A stretch of 61,382 nt of DNA, filler included, from Basidioascus undulatus (Eukaryota): NCBI GenBank assembly GCA_000826855.1. It is 4 parts of 4 records of this genome, joined end to end, with 100 filler letters (N's around TTAATTAATTAA, not from the genome) between each part and the next. Parts side by side here need not be neighbours in the genome. Positions count along the whole stretch, not along the records: positions 15,398 to 30,669 come from JTLS01000651.1; positions 30,770 to 46,037 come from JTLS01000652.1; 2 more parts are not named here. One strand, given 5' to 3'. A program made the translations under genes and the position numbers. The first letter of the stretch is position 1; each line of letters starts with the position of its first letter. Positions 24,099 to 36,879 of the stretch are shown here, piece by piece. Below the pieces are notes generated by a model. It saw nothing but the letters and a program-made list of their open reading frames with translations. It was not told the DNA's origin and did no database searches.

Positions 24099-25812
24099 TC
24101 ACTTCTTCGCAGCCACGTTCGTCTTCCTCTTCTTGGGCTTGAAGTCCTCCTGCCGTACGCCCGTAATCTTTCCTCTCAGCACAGACACTTTCCGAACCAA
24201 CAGAAGGGGCGCAAGTTGGAGAAAGGACCCACCGAATAGTTCTTGAAGAAGTCCGGCAGCTGCAGGGTCTTGGTCCCGAAGAGGGCTTGGAACGCGAGGT
24301 CCGCGACGTACGCGGTCTTGCCCTCCCGCACGAGCGAGTAGTACTCGAGGAGATACTCCTTCTCGGCTGTAGTTTTTTAAATCCCAAGCGTTAGAATTTT
24401 TAACCCTAAGAGCAGGAAAGGTGGGTAGCCGTAGGGCAAGGGGGCGCACCTTCGTCCACCTCGGCGCCTTGGTCGGACGATAGGATCTCTTTCGCTTTCT
24501 CCCTGTGAAGGCAAGATACCGTCAGACTTCCGACTAGAAGTCTAAGGAAAGGCGGGAGACTACGTACTCTGTAATGCTCTCAAACTCCATCTTTGTCCCC
24601 AACGCCTGACTCGCAGCCTCAGCCAGCTCGGGCCCAGCAACCATCGCCGGCCTACCATTCGGTGCCACCATCCAGATCAGCAAGCAATCCCTTTTGGAGA
24701 TTAAAAAATAAGCGTGGCCCTACCCAGTCAGGATGATCACCTGCCCCCTGACGTTGTCCGCGAGCCCGTGCGGGCCTTCACTCGTCAGAACGTACGCAGC
24801 GACTTGGGCGATGTCGCCGAGCGCGACCTGCAATCCAATTCACATCCAATGCAAAGGAGTAGTGAATTCTTCAAGTGTCAACTAAAGAGAAGATAGGGTG
24901 GGAGACGGACGGGCGAGAACTTGTGGTTCGGGTCGATCGGGAGCGGGAGCTTGCCCTCGCCCTGGGCTTGCTTGTTGTCTGACGGTCGAAAAAGGAACGA
25001 AGGAGAGAATTTGTGTAAAGATTCAGTGTGTATTGAAGGGTAGGGCTAGGAGAAAAGGCGACACGCACAGAGGAGGAGGTTCTCGGCATAGAAACTTGGA
25101 CTACGAGTGATTGACGGTCAGCCCCTGAACCGGAAAACGTGAACACTTTCGATGCCTACCGAATAATGCAAGGGGAGTGTCCGGTGTCTCCTGTCTCAGG
25201 GTCCTGCTTAGACTGCGAGACCCCTCGACCAGCTCTTTCAGCCCTACAGTCCGACTGCACGCGAAGGACAGTGGTCGAGCGCACCTCCATCGCCAGCGTC
25301 TCCAGATCTACAAACTCGCGCAGCCGCGGCTGCTTATCGCGCTCCGCGAAGTCGCATGCCGCGCTGCTGAGGAATACGACGTTCGTGACGCTCTTTGCCT
25401 TCTTCGCTTGCTCCAGCAGCTCCTTCGTGAGCTTCGCTTTGTCCTGCTCTTGCATCCCCATCAGCTCACCGCTGTCTCCCTACCGCATCTCAAAACATCG
25501 CATGGGGAGAGGGGATCACAAGCCCACCTTCCTAGCAGGTGGAATCAGCAAGCACGTATCCGTGTCCTTGAGCTTCTCCTGCAGGTCCTGCCCAGGCTTG
25601 TACGGCAGCACAGTGACGCCGAGCTCCTCGAGCTCCTTGTCCCCCTCGGAGAACACCAACGCGGTGATCGTGGCGAACTTGTTGGCGTATTTGCCGTCCG
25701 TCATGAGCAGCTCGATGACGAGGCGCCCCGTGTGGCCCTCGGCCGATGTGATGAGGATGTTGCGCGTCGAGGCGGGCGCTTTGGACTCGGTCGAGGTTTT
25801 TTTGGCGGGCAT
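24099..25812 (-). CDS. NmrA-like NAD(P)-binding Rossmann protein (atypical SDR), multi-exon
   Basis: NILITSAEGHTGRLVIELL, CLLIPPA, VVFLSS, IIRPSFYAENLLLY, PVALGDIAQVAAYVL, YLLEYYSLVREGKT; ends FKPKKRKTNVAAKK*. Confidence 0.88.
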
Positions 25813-26245
25813 GGTGGGGGTCGCGCTGAGTGGTATTGAAGGTTAGAGAAACAGGAAGGTGGGGAGGAATAGTAACGAAGGCTGAAGGGAAAGAACAAGT
25901 GAGTGTGGAGACTGGCGGTGTTGAGAACGGAGGTGCGAAACTCAATGCATGTGACTGTGGCCGTCACGGAAGGGTAATGCGGACGTCACTCGCCGCTGAG
26001 CGTCAAGACCTTGATCCACGATCCAAGTTGGTACCGAAAATTTCAATCTCAATAACGGGGCCTTCAATGGATCGTTTGCAATGCGGAGCGATGCAAAAGG
26101 CTTGTCGCGGGCAGGCCAGCACAACCGACGTTTCGTACCGGGCCGTTATATGCCTCGCCGAGTTCTCATCGTTTGGTGCCCGGAAGTCAACCAGGGCTTT
26201 CAAGAGGGATGATACTATGCACTGGAGGCAGACGGCCGAGGCCTG

Positions 26246-26690
26246 ATGATGAAAGCGCTGCTGAATGCAGTTCGCTTTGCAGTTGCTTTTGCAGTTGCTC
26301 TGCCAGTTGCGCACATTGTGTTCAGCGAAACAGCTCCTAATCGCTCTCTCAAACACTCAATAGCTTTAATTCATAGTCTCCAGGTTTCCTTACCTGCCAG
26401 TGCACGAGACCGCGCAACTCACACAGGGAAGACAAAGGACGAAAAAGCAAGTCCAGAGTACCTGACTTGGACCCCAAACTCGATAACAGTGATTGTATTC
26501 CTGCTCGAAAGGCTTTACCGACAGCTACTCCAATTAGACGCTCTTGAAGGCTGCGGCGTGGAAGCGCATCACAGACGCGGTGCACGATTGGGGTTTGCCA
26601 CATTGACCTGCGGGTCGGACCGCACGGGGACATTTTCACCCCCAGTTACCTGAAGAAATGGTTGCAGCAAGCTTAATGGAAACGTACGTT
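26246..26690 (+). pseudogene. Possible heavily decayed GH35 beta-galactosidase 5' relic
   Basis: Signal-like MMKALLNAVRFAVAFAVAL, then LTWTPNSITV and GHFHPQLPEEMVAAS, collinear with the fungal GH35 N-terminal pattern (V.WD..SL, GEFHP.RLP, KM.AAG). Short matches only. Confidence 0.3.
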
Positions 26691-27985
26691 CTACCATTCA
26701 ATAGCAGGTGAAGGAGAGGCACAGTCGCATGGAGGACGTCAAGCTGAGGACTTCACGCAGGCAGTAATAAGAAATGGGATGGAGGAGAGGCTTGGTTGGT
26801 ATAGGTTCTAAGTAATTCAGTCTTTCTAATGCGATGATGTGCTGGTTATGAGCTGTATGGGGTCTTTGCAGCTGGGACCCAGTTTGCCTGCAGCGCGATC
26901 AAGTTGGCGAACTAGGTCCCGCCACGAGTTTCGTTATCAAGTTCCATCTAGTGTGCAAAGCTAGGAACAACAGGCTATATACCGCATTACAGACGATATT
27001 CGAGCGCAAACGACACGATGAAACTTTTCCACAAATCAGCTTTCACGGACGCGTGCCTGCGGTCGGGTTGATTCCGGACTCTCCACAAACATCCACAACC
27101 ACTCACCATTCTACACTCTCGCCTTCCACAGTCACTCTTGCTCCTTCTGCTGTCCCAGAGTCCCCCTAATCCGGAACACTATTGGAAGGAACAAGCGGTT
27201 CGCTGCTGACACCGCTGCCGAGGGCGGCGACGGCGGCGCTCGTTCCGTTGCGCAAGCAGCCGCGTCCGGAACGGGACACGGGACAGCGCCAGAGACTCTT
27301 CGCCTGGCAAACGCAAGGCTCCATAACATAATCCTTAGAAGACGGAGAGAGCATCTACAATGTTCAAGTGCCGATGTTCGATCGCTGTTCGATCGTCTTT
27401 TGACTGACATTCCGGGACGCAAGCGATTTCCTCTTTTCCTTTCCCGACTGCAGCATTGTCTGCCACCGTGCTTCTTTTCTTTCGACGTTCCCGTTGTCAT
27501 CTTCTGTCTTCTGCAAAGACGCATTTGCTCTCCCTTGGTTCATATCAGTTAGACCCCGCTTTTTCGTGTGTCCCGGCTGGCCATGCATGAACTAGCAGAC
27601 GCATTCTCCTCGGGCTGAAACTTGAGCTGTTTGAATGGCGCGGATTCCCAACAAAACCAGCCTGGCTAAGAAGGGTGATCCCATGTGTAACGGGGAAGCT
27701 CATGGCGGCGTCCTCGTGTGAAAGAAAACACGGTCGAGGCGCTCTTTCTTTGGCAATATAGCCAATCGTTGCGAAGTGGGCAAGGACATCCGGCTGCTTT
27801 TGCCATCCACTCGCCGTGTGCCGAGCCTCGCCGCTCAATTGCGGCCCGGCGCCGGCCTGATCGGTTACCGGAAATCCAACCTCTGCCGTTGCACGGTAAC
27901 AGCACAAGAATCGAAGCACTGCTCTTGACGTTCACCTTGCATCCCTACAGTTCACCCCAACAACGCCTCTACATCACCCCAAATC

Positions 27986-29413
27986 ATGCCCGACCTCAGC
28001 GTGCCGACCCTCTTCTCTGTAGAGGGCAAGACCGCCGTTGTGCGTACCCTTCTCCTCTGCCTAGCGTTCGCACTTCAACTGACCAAGGCCCCCCTCTCGT
28101 CTTCCCACAGGTGACCGGCGGCGCCTCGGGGCTCGGGCGCATGATGGCGGAAGCTCTGATCCAGAACGGAGGGCGAAAGGTGTACATTGCGTCGCGGAAG
28201 GAGAAGGAGCTCCAGAAGGCCGCGGACGAGATGAACGCGCTGGGAAAGGGGAAGTGCGAATATGTCGTCGCGGACTTGGGGGTACGTCTTGTCATTTGGA
28301 GTTGAAATTTGCGAAAATCCTGATAATAGAGATGAAATTTGCGAAGATCCTGATAATGGAGATGGGATGGGATAGAGCAAGGCTGGTTGCGATAAGCTCG
28401 TGCAGGCGATCAAGGAGAAGGAGGACAGGCTGGTAAGTCCATCACTTACCGGTGAGCTATCCTGGGGTACTGAAGTCGTGTCACTACAGGATATCCTTGT
28501 GAACAATAGCGGTAAACTATTTCGACTATTCTCAGCTTAGGCTTTCATCCTGAGCTGGCCTTCGCATTTTCAGGCGCGACGTGGGGCGCCAAGTACGACG
28601 ACTTCCCAGAGGTGCAAGGCTGGGACCGGGTCATGGCGCTGAACGTCAAGTCTCTCTTCTACGGTGGGTACCTTTCCTCCCGCTCCATCCCCTTCCTTCA
28701 TGCTGATGTGCCTCTCCCGGTAGTGACTTCCGGGTGCGTCCCACCCGTAGCCGTTACTTCGCGACTGCATCTAACTGAAGCTCCGCAGGCTCACCGAGCT
28801 TCTCGCAAAGGGCAAGAGCAACACCGACCCTGGACGGGTTATCAACATCTCGTCGGTCGCGGGGCTCTCGACGCGCGCGGAGGGGACGAGCCTCTCTGAG
28901 CAGGGTCATGGCTTGTGGAGCTGTGCGTCTGACCCCTTGCTTCATCCTTCTGTCTATTTTCACATTGCTTCGTCTGACATGGTTACTGAGGATTACAGAC
29001 AACACCAGTAAGGCGGCGGTCAACAGCTTGACGCAAACGCTCGCGGTCACGCTTGGAAAGCGTTTCATCACGTTCGTGGCTTATCCCCTTTCCCCCCAGC
29101 CCCCTCAATTTCTTTTAACAGTTTGCTTCACAGGGTCAACGCGATCCTGCCTGGCGTGTTCCCTTCAAGAATGACGGCCTTTGGTATCAAGACCGGGGAG
29201 GACGAGATGAACAAGCGGCAGCCCATGGGTGAGGCCGCTCCGGTCCTTCCGCCTTCTCCTTTTGTTGTTTGCGGCTCAACGCTTGTTTCCCTACTCACAG
29301 GACGCATTGGAACCACAGAGGACATCGCCGGGCTTATGCTGTTCCTTGTCAGCCGCGGCGCTGCGCATGTGACGGGGAACCTGGTCGCCATCGACGGTGG
29401 GGCGAGGCTTTGA
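27986..29413 (+). CDS. Classical short-chain dehydrogenase/reductase (RhlG-like fungal group) ending in PTS1-like ARL
   Basis: VTGGASGLG, DILVNNSG, VINISSVAG, YNTSKAAV (YxxxK), VNAILPGVFPSRMT, IDGGARL*. Includes a 10-nt micro-exon at 28724-28733. Confidence 0.93.
28303..28362. repeat. 30-bp tandem duplication inside an SDR intron
   Basis: TGAAATTTGCGAAAATCCTGATAATAGAGA followed by TGAAATTTGCGAAGATCCTGATAATGGAGA. Confidence 0.9.
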
Positions 29414-30614
29414 GAGATCCTGTAGAGGATCTTCCCTTCTTCCCGGCAGCCATCTGTACTTCTGAACAATTTTGAAATATACCAACATATGGCGCTTTTG
29501 GACCTCAGATTGACGGCGTTCATTGGGACCGCCGACTTGAGGGTGAGAACTGGCATCGTATCGTTGTCGCCTCACGCTGGGGAAGCTAGATTCCAGGAAT
29601 TGCTTTGAAAATTTAAACGCCCGCTGACTGTCACTAAGTGCCGTTGAGGTCGAAGATAATTCAGCAATGGCACTCGGCCGTAGGTTGACGGGAGAACCAG
29701 AGCACTGCCTGCGACTCGCAGACGTTGCGTGTTCGGTCGCGAAGGCACAGCTCGTCTTTCTCAAGGAGTCGAGACTGATGCGATTAAATCTTTGCACCCT
29801 ACAAGCGCGGCGACAGAATGCTCAACCGATCGACGTCTTGCGATTCAGACCTTTGATGTGCACACGTACACACCCGAACACGTAATGAAAAGCAGCTTGT
29901 GTCATTTTGCAGTGGGACAGCGAGGAAGGAACATAGTAAAGCAAAACTAGGTCGATATGAACGTGCGGCACCTGTAAGAAGAGAAGGGGCATGGGGAGGA
30001 TGGGGTGGCATCGAAAGTGGGCGGGCAAGGGAGAGAGAAAAGGGGGAGAGGGTGTAAAGAAGCGGAGTTGAATAAGATGCGGTGCGCGAGAGGATGGAGA
30101 GGGGAGATGGAGCAGGAGGGAAGGGGGGCGAGGTGGGAGAAAGGCGGAAAGGAAGAGAACGGAGAGTTGGGGGAGCGAGGCGGAGGTAGTGGAAGTAGGA
30201 GGTCGGGCGGATTCAAGAGACGAGGAGGATGGTAGGGTAGGAGGGAGAGGGAGGCAGAAAGGAGGGTCAAAGCCTGTAGACGAAGGTCGTGTGAGCCATC
30301 GATCGCAAGACCCGACACAGAGAACGCAAGGACATACGGGAGTGAGAGGCGAAGAGAGCGGGGTAGAGAGATAAGGAATGCAAGAGGTACGGACGGGACG
30401 GGCCAAGCCAATTTTGGGGGTTTCTGTGCGTTGCGGGCGTAGAACGACGACGACGACGACGACGACGAATCAAATCAAACAAGAAGAAGAGCATCACCAC
30501 CTTCCTCCTCTCCACCCTCTCACCCAAACCACGCTCATCTCATCAACCCCCCACCAAACCCAACCCCCCAACACGCTTCTCCCTCTCATACAACATCAAA
30601 CGCAGCGTCCCAAC

Positions 30615-30669
30615 CTACGCCTTGCCCGCCGCGGGCGCAGCGGCACCCCTCGGCGCGCCGCGGCCGCGC
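30615..30669 (-). CDS. 3' end of a gene truncated at the contig end (RG-rich tail)
   Basis: RGRGAPRGAAAPAAGKA*, followed on the minus strand by a long pyrimidine-rich 3'UTR-like tract. Confidence 0.4.
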
Positions 30670-30769
30670 NNNNNNNNNNNNNNNNNNNNNNNNNNNNNNN
30701 NNNNNNNNNNNNNTTAATTAATTAANNNNNNNNNNNNNNNNNNNNNNNNNNNNNNNNNNNNNNNNNNNN
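30670..30769. other. Artificial contig linker
   Basis: N44-TTAATTAATTAA-N44. Confidence 0.98.
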
Positions 30770-31266
30770 TGGGGTTCTGTTGTACTCCGTTGCGCATCTA
30801 CGCTAATTGCATCGGCATTGATATGCCTGTTTGAGGTGGATCTTCCCGATTGTGCTCCTGGGCCTCCAAATCTTACAATGTACTGTTGCTTTCTGCTTTT
30901 AGGACGACGACTCGAAGACATGGGCATGAAGGTAGTCGCATTCGATGCATGCAAAGCTTGCTCGACAAGTTCCGGTTCACGACTCGCAGCGCAGGAAAAC
31001 AACACAGCGCAATCAGAGGTGTTCTTAGACATGCTTTGCATTGACGGCGATACTAGGCCGAGTTGAACATGAGATATCCCAAGTCTGTTGTACCTTGCTG
31101 GATGAATCACTCCCTTGTCGCTCAGAGATCTTAGCTGCAGTGCTCACTTCGTAGTAATTTGTTCGAGGGACCAAGAGGGACAAGCAAAGCGAGGCACATA
31201 GGTCTTTCGCAACCCCACGTCAGTTTCTCATCCGTAAAGAGAAAATGTTTTGAAGTAGTTCTCACA

Positions 31267-32043
31267 TTAGTTGGCCTTGGACAAGCGGACGTGCGCTGTG
31301 TAGCCGCTGTTCTTCACATTGAGGTCCCCATCCCCGTTGACATTGACGGCCGAGCCGGTTCCCGGTTGGAATGTGTCGCCAAAACGCATGCCATATCTGA
31401 ATATCCCATAATCATAAAAGTCCTAGTTTCGGTAAGAGTTCAGACGCACCCTTCAAAGCCGTTGACGGGGTTGTCGATGCGCGGGAAGCTGAGCTGTGTC
31501 GCCTCAGACTGGTCCGCCTCGTCGCCGTCGACGTAGACCCAATCACCGGAGCGGCTGATGAGCTTGCCGAGGGCACTTTACAAACATCATGAGAGTATAT
31601 CCTCTCTAAAGGTGCTCAGAGAATATGGATAGCGGACGTACACAGACTTCAGCCTGACGGCGCTTTTGTCCGCTTGCACGATCTGCGGTCATTGGAGCGC
31701 CCAGTAGTTAACGATATGCCAGGGGACCACGTAGGCATTTTCAGTCTGTTGAAGCACACCTCGAACTTCGCCTTGTTCCCGCAGTCCCCGATCCCGAGGT
31801 ACGGGGCCCCGCCATTCCCATCAACGCCCTTTTCGACGACGCACTCGTTCCGCTGACGACACCGACAAACTTGCGGCCGATGTAGATGGACACTTCGTCC
31901 CCTACGGCAAGAGTGTCGAAGGACTGCGTGTCGGGCACGGCAGCCTGCGTGAATGGTTGCGGGGGGGGACCGGGCAGTGGGCTGGCGGCGGCTGAGCCGG
32001 CGCTGAGGGCAACGGTGAGTGCGGCGAGGGCGGTGGGACGCAT
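31267..32043 (-). pseudogene. Small secreted protein (4 exons) with a single 1-nt frameshift; recent pseudogene or assembly error
   Basis: Signal peptide MRPTALAALTVALSAGSAAA. Restoring one base near 31850 gives VVSGNECVVEKG...DCGNKAKFE, and canonical introns then join IVQADKSAVRLKSV, ALGKLISRSGDWVYVDG and YGMRFGD...VRLSKAN*. Confidence 0.65.
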
Positions 32044-33110
32044 CGTTTCCGTGGAGGCTCTCGGAGAAGTTGTGTAAGGGGTGATGTGGGAGAGTGAGTT
32101 CAGAGAAGTTTGGAGGAATGGGGGCACTTTAGGTACGTAGGCAGGCCTTTTATCCTCTTCACTCTTCAGCGACGCGGGGCCCAATCCTCCGTGTCTCACT
32201 TCGTCATTCGCACAGACATCACTGCATGCCTTAGACTGCAGAAACTAGACCAAAGCTCTCAATTTATGGGATAGATTTCAGAACGGTTTGGAGAGTGGCA
32301 ATATGCGCACGGGGAGCAGACCCAACAAGTCGGGACAACCTGCTGTTGTATTGCCTCCCTGCGTTACTTCCAGGTCTAAAAATAATAATACACATTGCCC
32401 ATTATTCTTCCTGGCTCATCGAAACGTGCTGGACAACTAAAAGCGCAGTCCCAGGCCGTCGACCCCAATTGAAGCGAAGAGGCCTGCAGGCCCACTAATC
32501 TCACAACGGTAGCTGCACGGGTACTTCTTTTCACTTACACAAGCTACGGACACCATGATAGAAGTATTCTTGAAGGAGCTCGACTCAGATGGGCTTTCAT
32601 CAAGCTGCAGGCGCTCCGCAACGTACGTACCCATTGGAAGTGCGGGTGGCTGGCTGCGTTAGACTGCGTGGCCCGTCCGCTGGCCTCTGCAACGGGCCTT
32701 CTCGGTGGTCACTTCTGAACGGCTCTGGCCCTATTTCCCATTATTTCGGGGCTGTAGTTTTTCCATCAAGTCCTCTTCGCGGCATGATAGCACGAGTCAT
32801 CTCGATCGCACGCCGACGGAGCTTCTGAACATGATCTCCAACGACTATGAAGTCGTTCCCGAGATTTGATGCAATGCAATGAACGAGGATGGGTTGTAAC
32901 GATACAATTGATTTGTGATCCTTGTCTTCGGAAATCGCCCAGCTTCCGCAGCCACACATAACTGAAAAGTGGACGAATGCATTGCGAAAAATATGGAGGT
33001 CGGGACGCAGACTCCGCCTCAAGAGCTTATATCAAATAATTATATATTATGAGTGATTTAGGTAGAAACGAAGACTATGCAGGAAACCTGGGCGAATTGT
33101 AGACCGCGGC

Positions 33111-35162
33111 TCAGCCGTAGAGCTGCCAGTCATAAGGCACGTCGCCGCCCCAGAAGGGCGGAGCGGCGTCCGAGGCTTTCCCGTCGCCGAGCACGCGTAT
33201 GCGCAGATCCGCGGAGCTCGCCTTAGTCCAGCCTGAATACTGGCGAGTGTTGGGGTTTGACGAAGAGACGAATGCGGCCCAACGGGCGGTGACTTCCTTG
33301 GCGAGCGAGGAGGTGCCCGGCGTCGTGCCGAACTGTTGAAAAAGAGCAGGAGTTACAAAGATGTGATAAGAGAACGAGTGAGCGCTTACGGTAAGGTAGA
33401 TATCGTCCTCGTGGCAGACCTGGTTGAAAGCGCGCAAGCGTTAAGCACGTGTGGTTCGACCATGTCAAAGATTCGCGAGGTCGAACGCACCTTTCCAGCG
33501 CAGAACGCAGTGTTGGCGTTGGACGGGTACGTCCACCCAGCCGTGAACTCGCCAACGAATACAGGGTGTCCTCGCCCCACGAACATCTTGGCCAGAGAGT
33601 GCGTCGGAGCGCGCCAGACGTAGTCCGTGCCGAGCGTGTTCAAGGCGTCCCTCACGCCGTCCAAGCCCGAGCTGACGGCGTAGGCGCCAGATGCAAGCAC
33701 GGTTTGCGCGCGGTCCGAGCCCAGGAATTGAGTGACGATGGGGACATCTGCATCCACCTTCCCGTCTGATCTGACGCATGGGAGTTAGTGGGCAGAGTGA
33801 CGTACAGTACGGGGATGGCAGCGGCACCGACGACATGCCAGCGATGGTGGGACCCGCTTCGTCACGAACAGTCATGATGAGCAGGGGCTTGGACGAGTCC
33901 AGCTCGCTGAAAGACGACGAAGCGATCTCTCCTGAAATGAGGCCCCCGGAAGTAAGAGTTGGGCGGAACGGCAGCGCGAGCGGGACGCCGGTTATGCCGG
34001 GCAGCGACTGCTGGAGCGAAGCTTGGGCGGAGAGGATGTCGTTGACCGAGAGCGCCGAGAGGCACGCCACGTCCGAGCAGTTGAGCGCCGAGAGCATGGC
34101 AGCCGACGTGGATTGCGCCAGAGCCGTGCTCTGGTACGAGCTGTAGTCGGTCGGATCAGACTGCATGATGGCCGAGCGGAAGAGCTTGGACGCAGACGGC
34201 GTGGAGAGAAGAGCTGTGGACGTGCAAACGCACTTCCAGTAACTATCCGAATCTCGAGCAACAATGTCAGGGGAACGTACTGCGGACATAGGTTGCACCA
34301 GAGCTCTGGCCGGCAATAGTGACCTGCGGGTACGAGGTCAGTTTCCGCTGTATAGGGGACGGTGCAAGCAAGATAAGGCACCTTGTTCGCGTCTCCACCA
34401 AAGTACTTCATCCCAACTTGCACCTCCTTGAGAGCGAGGAGGATGTCTTCGAGAGCCAGGTTTTGCGGGGCCGGGGTCGGCGGGAGACCAAGCTGAAACT
34501 ATGAAGTTAGCCACGCGTACGTCCCGGAGCCGGCCACGTGCATGCGTACGATTCCAAGCCGATACTGAAGCACGACGACGACAATGTTGTGCTCTCGGGC
34601 AAGTGTAGAACCGTCAAGCCCCGGAGCACTAGCGCTGCCGTACACGTTCGAACCTCCCTGTTCGAACGGAGACATCAGCCGAGAACTTCAGAGCAGCGGA
34701 GGTGGGCCTAAAGTACTTACGTGAATCCATACCAGGACGGGAAGGTTTTTGGGGACAGGATACGGAGCGTAGACGACTGCGTAGAGGCAGTCTTCCGACG
34801 TGTTGGACGCGTAGAAGGAAGACGCTTGCGGGCAGGCCGGAGGCAGAGCCGTGCTGTCGTAGCTATGGAGGAGATTAAACGTGTCAGTACTGGGTGCCCG
34901 CCGGCCACGTGCGAAAGAGCCCAACATACCCACTATCGCTGCGGACCACGTCCGAATGACCAAACCTCTCCGCGGTCGCGTATTGCACGGTCCAGCGCGC
35001 GACGCCGTTGTCAATGTGAGCGTCGAGGGAGCGCAGCCCGGGGAGTGTAACACTCGCGCTATCCCGCGTGCGATGGAAATGCAGCCAGTCCCAGCCCCAT
35101 AGCGGCTCAGCCGAGGCGATCGAAGCAAGAGCAGCGACGGAAAGGAGCGAGAAGGATCGCAT
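33111..35162 (-). CDS. Secreted type-B carboxylesterase/lipase (alpha/beta hydrolase)
   Basis: Signal peptide, PPACPQ, SEDCLY, VLVWIHGGS, QYRLG, nucleophile GQSSG, acid DEAG and histidine CHEDDI. Confidence 0.93.
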
Positions 35163-36879
35163 AGCGCGGAACGAGCGTGAGGAGTAAGTGAGTGGGGAAG
35201 CGAGGCGGTCCGGTTTATGCTGGTGCTGGCACTGTGTCCGAAGTCCGCGCGGGATAAGGGGCGTTGCGATCGTTGGAAGGCTGCACTTGGCTTTGAAGGT
35301 GAAGGGATAAGTCGAGGTACGAAGAAGAAAGCCCGGACTTTGACGGCGCGAAGAGCACAAGGGACACGTATGTAAGCGCACATGTTAAAACTAGTATCTA
35401 CTGTCATGAAAGAGCTTCTGAAACAGGGGTGAAGTCAGGTACCCGTGGAGGACAAGATGAAAGGAAGGCAAGCGGAAGCGAGCGGAGTGAAAGGAAGCCC
35501 CGTTGACAGGTAGAGTTTAGACGCGTGATGCGCGTGTGCGTGCTGACGTGCGAGCGACTTAGTTTGTGAGTCTTGCATGGCATTGGTGTACATGAACTAG
35601 CAATCGCACATACATTCACTGTAATCTGCATGGTCGGAAACGGCTTGCAGTAGGTAGTCGGCGTTCCGGTACCACCCAACCTGCACAAGAGTGCGCCTCG
35701 GAGTATTCGCTCTCGGCTGCGTCTCGACCTGGATGCTCTTCAGGAATGTGCAAAAGCATTGCACATGAAGCCATGGCTCCAATAGGTTAATCAAACCTCG
35801 AAGGTTCAAGATATTGGCAGGCAATGCATGGCTTCCTGCAGTAGGTAATGTCGCTCGCTGTTCGACGCGGCAGTGCTGTCCCAGGGCCGGCAGCAGAGCC
35901 TGCGGGTCGACGCGGACGGCTGTTGCGGGTTGAAGAATATTATTGAGTTTGAGGGTCATCCTGTCTTGAAGGTTTATGAAAGGTGAGACCGGGCTTTTAC
36001 CCCTGCGTCGACTGGCACAGGCCTGTATCGCTTATGAAAGGAACTTGGAATCCACCCGCTCCCCATCGGGACTGAGCCTCGAGCTTTTTCGCTGGTCGTT
36101 CCAGAGCAAAAAGAAGTATAACGAGAGTTTTACAACTGTCAAGATCAAGCCAAATGATTGAATCCAAACGTGTCAGTACTGAGCGAGCTGCAGTTTCAAC
36201 GTGACTACCGCTTGTGGTGAGCGCGCAGGAAGGTACACCCCACAGTGTTTTCCGATGGCCACCGAGCGTCCGGCGGAACGCAACTAACCTGTCTTGCCTT
36301 CCCTCGCGTCGACAGTCGCCCTCCGCCAGGCGCATTCCTAGCTGCTTTCTCCCTGTCTCGCCGCGTTGGCATAGGTGCACTTTCTCCGCGCAGTCGTCTG
36401 CATCGGACTCGACTGACAGACCCTCACTGTCCTCCCTCTGCAGAGACGATTCACGCAGGATTACGGAGTTGCGTGAACTCGTGCAGTTCAGATGCGCAGA
36501 TGCTGGTAGGCTCCCCCTTCGCGTTTCAAACTGGGACAGTCTTGGCTGACCGCCGCGCCAGCAGGCCGCAGAATCGAGCGCGCCGCTCTCCCTCTCACTC
36601 CCTTGTCCGCGTCAGCTGTGGTGGTGAGTACGCTGTTCGCTCCTGGCTGCCCAGCTGGGCTGGAGCTTAGCTGTGTCCTGACTTGGCAGATCTCTCTCTC
36701 TCTTGCCTCCTGGCTGACCGCGGTGACGAGACTGAGCCGCGCTGTCTCTCAGAACTCTACCATCCTGCGCGTGCGTCGAGCTTCCCAGGCTGTGGTGGCA
36801 GTCCTTCTGAGAGAATGTGCGTATGGGCTTCCTCAGTCTGGACACAGTCGCATTCAGTGGGCTCATAGTTGGATTGGAG

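Noticed and set aside
24401..24409. TAACCCTAA as a telomerase template or telomere
   Set aside because: A single copy inside an intron of the NmrA-like gene, with no supporting structure.
1855..29413. Mitochondrion/peroxisome-themed cluster (NAXD, Dnm1, Oxr1, SDR)
   Set aside because: The genes span different contigs and are unrelated housekeeping genes.
29950..30600. GA-rich ORFs
   Set aside because: Low-complexity sequence, best explained as the 3'UTR of the truncated minus-strand gene.
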